Origin: a virus
Taxonomy: Duplodnaviria; Caudoviricetes
IMG/VR virus record: IMGVR_UViG_3300024272_000051
Location: 32,001-96,000 of that record
Direction: 5' to 3' (one strand)
DNA: 64,000 nucleotides
Shown: one piece after another, positions 7,783 through 15,956 of the stretch
Layout: each line of letters starts with the position of its first letter
How positions within the stretch are numbered: position 1 is the stretch's first letter
Position numbers and translations under genes: made by a program
The notes under the pieces: generated by a model
Told to the model about the DNA's origin: nothing
The model's database searches: none
Seen by the model: only the letters and a program-made list of their open reading frames with translations

Positions 7783-10700
7783 TTCATTTGCACACACATT
7801 CGATGTATTCGTTGCGTGACAGTATTATCAAGCCGGAAGAGTTGATAAGTCGGTTGAAAGAAATTGGACAAGATACCATTGCTGTAACAGATCACGGCGA
7901 ATGTCTCGGCACAGTGGAGATTTATAAGCTATGTAAAGCAAATGATATTAAACCAATTATCGGGGTTGAGTTTTATATATGTGATGACTTGACCATCAAA
8001 GACAAAAACTCAAGGTATTACCATCTTGTTGCGCTGTGTAAAAACGAAGTGGGTCGCCTCAATTTAAATACACTCATCAGTCTATCGGAAAGACCTGAAA
8101 ACAAATACTACAAGCCCCGTATTGATTTTGAGCTATTGTCACAGTATGGAGAAGGATTGATTATTCTCAGTGCTTGTCTGGCCGGTGAAATAAGTAAAAA
8201 TCTATTGGCAAATGATTATGGAAAAGCAAAGGAAATTGCCTTGCGATATAAGGAGCGGTTTGGAGAGGATTATTATTTAGAAATCCAAGCTCACCGAGAT
8301 CCTGAACAGATAGCGATCAATCAGCAAATTTTACGACTTTCGCAGGATATTTCGGTTCCGTGTGTAGTTACTTGTGATGCTCATTACACTTGGGAAGCAG
8401 ACAAGGTTTACCAGAACAAATATGCATTTAATGGGGCGTATAAGGAAGATGGGGAATCGTACATCGATTGCTTTATTCAAAGCGAGAGCGAAGTTAAGGA
8501 GCGACTCGGTTATTTAACCCCAGAGATTGTAGATGATGTTATTAGAACTACACACATCATCGCAGATAAGTGCAATGTTGAGCTACCACTTTCTGCACCA
8601 ATTATGCCAAAAATGGATGTGCCACAAGAGTTTTCAGACAGTAAAGAATGGCTTATGTCGATTTGTGAAAATGGGTTTCGTACCAAGTTGAATATTGATG
8701 TAGCCACGCGTTCTCAGGCTGACCCAAATAGAAAAATATTCCAACAGATTTTGAATGAAGATGGGGAGATTGTTGGGTACGAAGAAAAAGATCTATCACA
8801 AGAGACTATCGATGCATACATAAAGCGATATGAGTATGAATTAGACAGTCTAACACGAATGGGTTTTCTCGACTATATGCTTCTGGTTTATTCATATGCA
8901 AATGTGGCGAAGCGTCGCGGAATCGCAAGAGGCTCCGGCGGAGGAAGTCTGATCTGTTATGTCTCCAACATTACGAACATTGACCCACTTGAGCACAAGC
9001 TTTATTTTGAGCGTTTCATTGATGTTGGGGCATTGCCGTTGCTTGAGAGCGGTGAAATAACTCCAAAGGAACTAAAAATACCAGACGTTGATCTCGACTT
9101 TTCTGGAGAGTCTTGTGCAGAGGTCATGCGCTTTTTGTACGATACATATGGAGAAAAAAGAGTTGCCTCTATTGGAAAGTTTGGCACAAATAAAACAAAA
9201 GGCACAATTCGAGATATGTGCAAGGTTTTGGGAATTGATCTTCAGGCTGCAGACGAAATTGCGAAGTCTTTTGAGAGCTTTGAAATCAACGAAATTGACG
9301 CAATGATTTCCGGCGAGATGGATGTTGTACCAAGTGCAAAAGCGGCCATTGATAATGTGAAGACATATCCAGAACTGTTTGATTTTGTTAGAAAGCTAAA
9401 TGGTCTGCCCAAGTCATTTGGTTTACATGCCTGTGGCAAGATTATCGCCAATAACGAATTAGATTATTATCTCCCATCAAGTTATGATGCAGAAGGAATT
9501 CGCTTCCTACAAGGGGATATGCACAGTGTGGATGATGTCGGATTGGTAAAAATTGACGTTCTTGGACTTCGAACTTTAGACCAAGAATATGACACTCTTG
9601 AAATGTCTGGAGAGTCATTGGAGTTCATCAACCCAAAACAAGACTATGGAGACCCAAAAGTTTTGGACATTTTCCGAAATGGAGACACACTGGGGATTTT
9701 CCAGTTTTCTTCAAATGGAATGAAACAAACCCTCAAGAAAATGAACGTAAGTGGCATTGATGATTTGTCTGCAGCAAATGCACTGTTCAGACCTGGATCA
9801 ATGGGATATATCGATAATTACTGCAACAGAAAAAGCGGCAAGGAAAAGTTTACTTATTTGCATCCGGACTTGGAAGGCATCTTGAACACAACATATGGAA
9901 TTATTGTCTTCCAGGAACAGCTGATTGAAATTGGTCGATTAGCCGGTATGCATAACCCAGACTTGTTGCGTAAGGCAACCGGCAAGAAAAACCCCAAGCT
10001 TCTGGCTCAAGTAAAACCAGAACTTGAAGAGAAGCTGAAGGCAAGGGGCTGGACTGATGAACAATTTAGTCAATTGTGGACAGATATGTTGGAATTCGCT
10101 AAATACTCGTTTAACAAGGCGCACTCAAGTGCATACGCAATTCTTGCGTATATTACAGCAAAACAAAAGGCATATTATCCAGCCGAATTCTATGCAGGGC
10201 TTTGCAATTCCTATATCGGGCAAAGTTCTTTTGTTAAAGATGATGCCGACGAAATTATTAGCGATATGTTTAAGCACAAAATCAGCATTGAGCCATTCAG
10301 CTTTAGAGATGATCATAGAAAATGTTGGGTCAAAGATAATAAAGTTGTGTATGCAATTCCTTTGATCAGAGACTGCAACCAAAATACAGCAGAGGTGTTG
10401 TATCAATTCCGAAACAGTAAACAGAAATACTTCTGGGCGCTTTGTGGAGATATGATACAGGCAGGTCTTGAAAAGTCTAAGCTTAAAATTTTGATCCTAC
10501 TTGGTTTCTTTAAAGAGTATGGAAACACAAAGGAATTATTACGCATCATGGATATCTTCGAATTCTTTAAATTTGGAGAGCGAGCATCAATTAAGGTTTC
10601 TCAAATCGTTGAAGACGGTTTTATGAATGTGGTTATTCCTCAGTATAGTGTTCGCCCCAAGACAAAGAGTGGAGAACTGTCAAAAACATATAAAGAACTA

Positions 10701-11075
10701 AATATCCCTGCGATTATGAATGCGTATGAAGATAAGTTGTTATCTCTTGGTATTGACGAATTTAGCTACAGAGACATTATGGCTACACAGAAAGAGTACT
10801 TGGGATTTGTCAGTCTTGTTTCTGGGAAAGAGGAAGATAGAACCAAGCTCCGCATTAAGGGTGTCTACCCAGTCTGTAGAAAGTCTGACGGAAAACTGTT
10901 CGGATACAGCATCCTCACACAGTCTATAGGAAGTGGTAAAGAAAGCCGCATGACCGTTTTTAAAAAGCGGTTTGAAGAAAACCCCATCCAAGAAGGGGAT
11001 ATCATCGACTGTAGAAGGTGGGAGCGTGACGGTATTTATTTCCGCCTGCTCGACTATGTACATTTGGTCGATTAA
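7779..11075 (+). CDS. dnaE: DNA polymerase III alpha subunit (probable CTG start)
   Basis: PHP domain (HTHS, TDHG), RGSGGGS, PDVDLDF, VKIDVLGL, YSFNKAH. Confidence 0.95.
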   Translation: MIHLHTHSMYSLRDSIIKPEELISRLKEIGQDTIAVTDHGECLGTVEIYKLCKANDIKPIIGVEFYICDDLTIKDKNSRYYHLVALCKNEVGRLNLNTLISLSERPENKYYKPRIDFELLSQYGEGLIILSACLAGEISKNLLANDYGKAKEIALRYKERFGEDYYLEIQAHRDPEQIAINQQILRLSQDISVPCVVTCDAHYTWEADKVYQNKYAFNGAYKEDGESYIDCFIQSESEVKERLGYLTPEIVDDVIRTTHIIADKCNVELPLSAPIMPKMDVPQEFSDSKEWLMSICENGFRTKLNIDVATRSQADPNRKIFQQILNEDGEIVGYEEKDLSQETIDAYIKRYEYELDSLTRMGFLDYMLLVYSYANVAKRRGIARGSGGGSLICYVSNITNIDPLEHKLYFERFIDVGALPLLESGEITPKELKIPDVDLDFSGESCAEVMRFLYDTYGEKRVASIGKFGTNKTKGTIRDMCKVLGIDLQAADEIAKSFESFEINEIDAMISGEMDVVPSAKAAIDNVKTYPELFDFVRKLNGLPKSFGLHACGKIIANNELDYYLPSSYDAEGIRFLQGDMHSVDDVGLVKIDVLGLRTLDQEYDTLEMSGESLEFINPKQDYGDPKVLDIFRNGDTLGIFQFSSNGMKQTLKKMNVSGIDDLSAANALFRPGSMGYIDNYCNRKSGKEKFTYLHPDLEGILNTTYGIIVFQEQLIEIGRLAGMHNPDLLRKATGKKNPKLLAQVKPELEEKLKARGWTDEQFSQLWTDMLEFAKYSFNKAHSSAYAILAYITAKQKAYYPAEFYAGLCNSYIGQSSFVKDDADEIISDMFKHKISIEPFSFRDDHRKCWVKDNKVVYAIPLIRDCNQNTAEVLYQFRNSKQKYFWALCGDMIQAGLEKSKLKILILLGFFKEYGNTKELLRIMDIFEFFKFGERASIKVSQIVEDGFMNVVIPQYSVRPKTKSGELSKTYKELNIPAIMNAYEDKLLSLGIDEFSYRDIMATQKEYLGFVSLVSGKEEDRTKLRIKGVYPVCRKSDGKLFGYSILTQSIGSGKESRMTVFKKRFEENPIQEGDIIDCRRWERDGIYFRLLDYVHLVD

Positions 11076-11091
11076 ACAAAGGAAAAAAGAT

Positions 11092-11412
11092 ATGTACGAA
11101 CACTTTGGTGTTAATGAATTTGCAAAAAATAGATGGGCTGTAGTTGGTTTTGATTATGATACAGCACTCCAACTTATATCAGATATCGAGACATCTTCTG
11201 AGAAAGAAGTGTTAAGAAAAACGCGAACAAAGCACGAAATACGCACAGAATTTACTGATGGCACTTTGTTAAGATGGGTGCCTGCTTATATTAATGCAAG
11301 AGGACATAAGTTCGGTAAAATGTGGTGCGATAAAAGTATTAACGAAGAAGAGCTAAGATGTAGGATCATGCCGATGTATTTTGGCAAAAGAGAAGATATT
11401 ACTTGGTTATAA
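11092..11412 (+). CDS. Hypothetical protein
   Basis: AAGGA RBS before ATG 11092. Confidence 0.7.
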   Translation: MYEHFGVNEFAKNRWAVVGFDYDTALQLISDIETSSEKEVLRKTRTKHEIRTEFTDGTLLRWVPAYINARGHKFGKMWCDKSINEEELRCRIMPMYFGKREDITWL

Positions 11413-11445
11413 AATTGAGATTTCATAAAGGAGGTGCGCCTCTTC

Positions 11446-11661
11446 GTGATAAAACAGGTTTGTAATTTTTGCGGAAAAGATTTTGATATGTGGGACAAAC
11501 AAGAAGCGTTTGGCCTTCATCACCATGTTGGCTACGGAAGCGAGTTTGACGGCAGTTATATTGATGTCGATATGTGCTGTTCTTGCTTTGACAAGCTGAT
11601 GAATACATATGTCATTCCAAATTGTAAGATCTCGCCGGTGGGAGAGGTTGGTGAGACATAA
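11446..11661 (+). CDS. Small zinc-finger protein
   Basis: CNFC...GYGSEFDG...CCSC; strong RBS. Confidence 0.75.
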   Translation: MIKQVCNFCGKDFDMWDKQEAFGLHHHVGYGSEFDGSYIDVDMCCSCFDKLMNTYVIPNCKISPVGEVGET

Positions 11662-11665
11662 TAAG

Positions 11666-12103
11666 ATGATGACACTAAGAGAACTCGATAATATGCTTGC
11701 TGAATTTGAATATAAAACAGGCAAGTATGCAACGAAAATATATTGCGGGGCAAAGGCACTGGTTAGCTTACTTAAATACTGTAATAACCATGAGCTTGGA
11801 TATTTTGATCGGTTCGAACCTTATGTTGACGGACGTATTAAATATATGGGAATCCCAATAGAAGTTGTTCACAACCCAAATATTGGAGAAGAGTTCATTG
11901 TAACAAACGAATCTGAGTGGACACCCCATCTACATTCTCCGCATGATTTGTATATTGACGATCTGGTTCAGAGACATCGAGAGTGGTTTGAGCCAATATA
12001 TTACGGGGAATGGGATGTCAACAAAGTTAGTAGTCTTTTCGATGAAGAAATAGACGATATTGATGATGCGGACTTAATGTCGATTTTAGGATTTGAAAGT
12101 TGA
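11666..12103 (+). CDS. Hypothetical protein
   Basis: ORF in operon; start uncertain (11651 or 11666). Confidence 0.65.
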   Translation: MMTLRELDNMLAEFEYKTGKYATKIYCGAKALVSLLKYCNNHELGYFDRFEPYVDGRIKYMGIPIEVVHNPNIGEEFIVTNESEWTPHLHSPHDLYIDDLVQRHREWFEPIYYGEWDVNKVSSLFDEEIDDIDDADLMSILGFES

Positions 12104-12111
12104 GGAATACT

Positions 12112-12771
12112 ATGGCAAAAATTGAAAACGTAGAAGTCTACGGTCTTGATAGCACCATCTACAGAAGTGGATATCCTATGATGGATGCCGCACCTACTAA
12201 AGAAGAATTTTGTGATGCGGTTTCTGAAATCGCCACTGCTCGTGTGGTTGGTGATTATAATAATCCGCATATTAAGAGAGCAATTGGTCTTGCAAATGCT
12301 AAAGGTGGCGGACACGACCAATTCCTTACTGGTATTGTAGTTAATTTCGACCTTACACTTTCCAACAAAGCGTGGGTTGAAGCAGAGCGGTACACATTCT
12401 TAAACTTCATTTCTTCTATGAGCACCATGCATCGTGTTGCGATGTTCAAAATCGGGGATTGCTGCAATGGTCATGTGAGCGATGTAGAAGTTAAAGAGGC
12501 GGAACGGCTACAGGATATCTACAACTCTATCGATGGCGAAAAAGAACCAAAAAGAAAGAAGATAGCATATCTCGATTTGTTGTACAATCTCCCATCTGGC
12601 TTTGAACTGATGGCTGGAATGACAACCAACTATCGTTGTCTAAAAAACATTTATGCACAGCGCCGTCATCATAGACTGCCTGATTGGCACGTTGTTTGCG
12701 ACTGGATTGAGACTCTTCCTATGGCAGACTATCTGATCACAGGTGCTGCTACAAGAAAAGAGGTCAAATAA
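12112..12771 (+). CDS. Divergent ThyX-like (flavin-dependent thymidylate synthase fold) protein
   Basis: GHDQFL..FDLT..ERY..SSMSTMH and LP..TTNYR.L..QRRHH align by eye to the ThyX layout; nucleotide-metabolism context. Confidence 0.5.
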   Translation: MAKIENVEVYGLDSTIYRSGYPMMDAAPTKEEFCDAVSEIATARVVGDYNNPHIKRAIGLANAKGGGHDQFLTGIVVNFDLTLSNKAWVEAERYTFLNFISSMSTMHRVAMFKIGDCCNGHVSDVEVKEAERLQDIYNSIDGEKEPKRKKIAYLDLLYNLPSGFELMAGMTTNYRCLKNIYAQRRHHRLPDWHVVCDWIETLPMADYLITGAATRKEVK

Positions 12772-13334
12772 TGAAAGTCATTTGTATTTCTGGAAAGGCA
12801 CAGCACGGAAAGGATACAACAGCATCACTTCTTCGGGATGCGCTTGAGAATGACGGATACACAGTCCTGATTGCGCATTATGGAGACTTGGTTAAGTATG
12901 TGTGCAAGACATTCTTTGGTTGGAATGGAGAAAAGGACGAATATGGACGCAGTTTGTTACAACATGTTGGGACAGATGTAATTCGGAATCAACAAGAAGA
13001 TTACTGGGTTGGATTCATTGGCGACATGCTTAGAATGTTCCCAGGTGAATGGGACTATGTACTGATCCCTGACTGCCGGTTCCCAAATGAGGTTGAGTAC
13101 TTGAGGGGGCTGGGCTTTGATGTGACCCATGTTCGTGTCTTGAGAGAAAATTTTGTCAGTCCACTAACAGAGGAACAGCAAGCGCACTCGTCAGAAACTG
13201 CCCTGGATGATGTTGCTCCGGATTTTTGGGTCATCAATTACGGTTCATTGCAGGACTTGAAACATGCTATTAGTTCGCTGATTTCTTCAATGAACGGGTA
13301 TCATCAAATGCATATTGATGAGTTTGTGGGGTGA
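12771..13334 (+). CDS. Deoxynucleoside monophosphate kinase
   Basis: ISGKAQHGKDT P-loop, RSLLQHVGTD, DCRFPNE, HSSE. Confidence 0.85.
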   Translation: MKVICISGKAQHGKDTTASLLRDALENDGYTVLIAHYGDLVKYVCKTFFGWNGEKDEYGRSLLQHVGTDVIRNQQEDYWVGFIGDMLRMFPGEWDYVLIPDCRFPNEVEYLRGLGFDVTHVRVLRENFVSPLTEEQQAHSSETALDDVAPDFWVINYGSLQDLKHAISSLISSMNGYHQMHIDEFVG

Positions 13335-13337
13335 GAT

Positions 13338-13910
13338 ATGTTCGTAGATATCTACAACACAAACAACAAGTACGATCTCATAGTAGCAGATCCGCCCTGG
13401 AAACAAAGTAAAGGCGGTAAAAAGGCGGTTAGAGCAAACTCAAGCGGAACACCGTTAGATTACCCAGTGTGTACACTTGATGAAATAAAGGAACATTTGC
13501 AAAAAGCAAACGAATGTACCGGTGAAAATGCGATATTGTTTCTGTGGACAATCGATAAATATTTGTTCGAAGCAGAACAAATAGCAAAGGAACTTGGATA
13601 TAAGCTTCATGCCAGAATGGTGTGGAACAAAGTTACCGGAATTCCGGCTGCATTTACAATTCGATTTGGGCACGAATACCTATTGTATATGTACAAAGGA
13701 CGATTACTACCGGTCAACAAGGAGCAACGAGGAAAGATCCACTCGGTTTTTACGGAGCGTGTAAAAAGACATAGCCAAAAGCCAGAAATTTCCTACGATA
13801 TTATAAACTGCTTATACCCTCATGCAAAAAAAGTCGAGCTATATGCACGCCAAGAACGAGACGGTTTTGATAGTTGGGGAAATGAAATTGTGGGGTATAT
13901 CCCGCAATAA
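13338..13910 (+). CDS. MT-A70 family N6-adenine methyltransferase
   Basis: ADPPW, LFLW, HSQKPE, ELYAR, WGNE. Confidence 0.9.
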   Translation: MFVDIYNTNNKYDLIVADPPWKQSKGGKKAVRANSSGTPLDYPVCTLDEIKEHLQKANECTGENAILFLWTIDKYLFEAEQIAKELGYKLHARMVWNKVTGIPAAFTIRFGHEYLLYMYKGRLLPVNKEQRGKIHSVFTERVKRHSQKPEISYDIINCLYPHAKKVELYARQERDGFDSWGNEIVGYIPQ

Positions 13911-13925
13911 CACAGGAGGATACAT

Positions 13926-14561
13926 ATGAAGAAACGTGGATATTACGATGTTGATGTTGAAATTGAAAAGGCTCTTATGGACGGAGCGCTTGTTGGCGAG
14001 CTCCTTTACTATAAAGACCTCAAGCAACGCAAGTTATTCTTAAGCGAAGATGTCTCTCAGTATAGTATTGGAGAAATCGCCAAACACATTCTCCAATATA
14101 ACAGAGAAGATGTTGGGAAGAAAATCAAGGATAGACAGCCAATTATGCTTTACATCGCATCCAACGGTGGTGAAGTTGACGCAGGGTTTGAGTTAATCGA
14201 TGTTATTATAAGCAGCAAAACTCCGGTCTACACAATCAATATGGGATATCAGTATTCTATGGGCTTTCTGATTGGTTTGGCAGGACATAAGAGATACGCG
14301 TTCGCACACTCCAAATTTCTGATGCACGATGGATCAAACTTCATTTATAACTCTGGTGCTAAAGCTCAAGACCAGATGGAGTTCAACCGCCGAGTTGAAG
14401 AACGTATTAAGAAATATGTTCTGTCTATGAGTAAGGTGACCTCTGAAGAATACGATAGTAAGTTGCGTATCGAGTGGTATCTGTTTAGTGATGAAGCAAA
14501 GGAGAAAGGATTTGTCGATTATATCATCGGCGAAGACTGTGACATCGAAGATATTATTTAA
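13926..14561 (+). CDS. clpP: ClpP-like protease subunit
   Basis: YIASNGGEV, YSMG (catalytic Ser), MHD, EAKEKGFVD. Confidence 0.88.
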   Translation: MKKRGYYDVDVEIEKALMDGALVGELLYYKDLKQRKLFLSEDVSQYSIGEIAKHILQYNREDVGKKIKDRQPIMLYIASNGGEVDAGFELIDVIISSKTPVYTINMGYQYSMGFLIGLAGHKRYAFAHSKFLMHDGSNFIYNSGAKAQDQMEFNRRVEERIKKYVLSMSKVTSEEYDSKLRIEWYLFSDEAKEKGFVDYIIGEDCDIEDII

Positions 14562-14570
14562 GGAGGCTTT

Positions 14571-15401
14571 ATGGAAAACTATTTGGGATTTCAGACAGTC
14601 GTGATGAACGATGAAACTCTTGCCTCTTTTTATGAAGATATGAATAGTGTCATATTGCCAGAGTGTCTGACTAATGAATACTTACTCGTGGAAAACGACC
14701 ACGGAGAAATCGTCGAATATCTCAAGTTTAACGGAGAAGGCTTTATAAAGGTTCCGTATAAACAAATTGCCAGCAGATATCTTGGAAAGATTAAACCAAG
14801 AAATCCTCAACAGCAATTAGCTATAGATATGCTGTATAGCCAAGATACAACCGTGAAAGTGATTACAGGAAAATTTGGAACGGGCAAAGATCTCTTGATG
14901 ACTTCAGCCGCCATTGATCTTTTGGAAAAAGGAAAGTTTTCAAAAATTGTTTGGGTCAGAAACAATATTGAGGTTAAAAATTCTAAACCTATCGGTCATT
15001 TGCCCGGCGACTATAAGGATAAATTATTGCCATTCGCCATGCCACTCGCAGACCACCTTGGTGGAGTCGACAGCCTTGAATTAATGATGAACCAAGGAAA
15101 AATAGAAATTGTACACCTTGGCTTTATACGAGGCAGAGACATTAAAGACTCCATTATTATATGTTCTGAAGCAGAAAACATGACCAAAGAACACATACAG
15201 CTGTTGCTTGGCAGAGTTGGTGATGGTTCATCTTTGTGGATCAACGGAGACTATAAACAGGTAGACGAAAAGGTGTTCCGAGAAAACAATGGCCTGATTA
15301 CAGCAATAGACAAGCTAAAAGGACACCATCGATTTGGGTTTGTTAAGTTGTTAAAAACAGAACGAAGTGAAACGGCTGCAATGGCCGATTTGCTTGATTA
15401 A
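14571..15401 (+). CDS. phoH: PhoH family ATPase
   Basis: GKFGTGK, GHLPG, IRGR, EAEN, GDYKQ, ERS. Confidence 0.9.
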   Translation: MENYLGFQTVVMNDETLASFYEDMNSVILPECLTNEYLLVENDHGEIVEYLKFNGEGFIKVPYKQIASRYLGKIKPRNPQQQLAIDMLYSQDTTVKVITGKFGTGKDLLMTSAAIDLLEKGKFSKIVWVRNNIEVKNSKPIGHLPGDYKDKLLPFAMPLADHLGGVDSLELMMNQGKIEIVHLGFIRGRDIKDSIIICSEAENMTKEHIQLLLGRVGDGSSLWINGDYKQVDEKVFRENNGLITAIDKLKGHHRFGFVKLLKTERSETAAMADLLD

Positions 15402-15407
15402 GTATAT

Positions 15408-15956
15408 ATGAAAAGACTAACGATTTTAATAGATATGGACGATACTATTGCAGGTCTTGTCGAAGCATGGGTTTCATATCTAAATAGCCATTATGGCACA
15501 AAAGTATCGACACAAGATATCACGGATTGGAACATTAAGGACTTTTTCCCGGATATATCGGTGGACGATGTGTACGGAGCTCTTGAAGATGAGGAATTAT
15601 GGAAAATGGTAAGACCAAAGGACGAGGCAGTTTACTATGTTAAAAAGCTTATCGATGATGGTCACCGAGTTTATATTCTGACCTCTTCTTATTACAAATC
15701 AATCGTCCAGAAAATGGAGCATGTGTTATTCAAATACTTTCCATATATCACTTGGAATGATGTAATAATCGCACACGTTGACGATGGCGTACATAACCAT
15801 GAGGGTGGCAACCATATCGGCATCCTAATGGATGCACCGCACAATAAATGGTTTGATGCAACCGCAAATGGCATTACCAGAATGAAGACGTGGAAAGAGA
15901 TTTATCGCTATATTTGTGATATTTGTGAAGATAGAAATAGAGAGGTGGTTAAATGA
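15408..15956 (+). CDS. 5'(3')-deoxyribonucleotidase (HAD), apparent internal deletion
   Basis: IDMDDTI motif I, ILTS motif II, VDD motif IV, APHN. Confidence 0.82.
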   Translation: MKRLTILIDMDDTIAGLVEAWVSYLNSHYGTKVSTQDITDWNIKDFFPDISVDDVYGALEDEELWKMVRPKDEAVYYVKKLIDDGHRVYILTSSYYKSIVQKMEHVLFKYFPYITWNDVIIAHVDDGVHNHEGGNHIGILMDAPHNKWFDATANGITRMKTWKEIYRYICDICEDRNREVVK

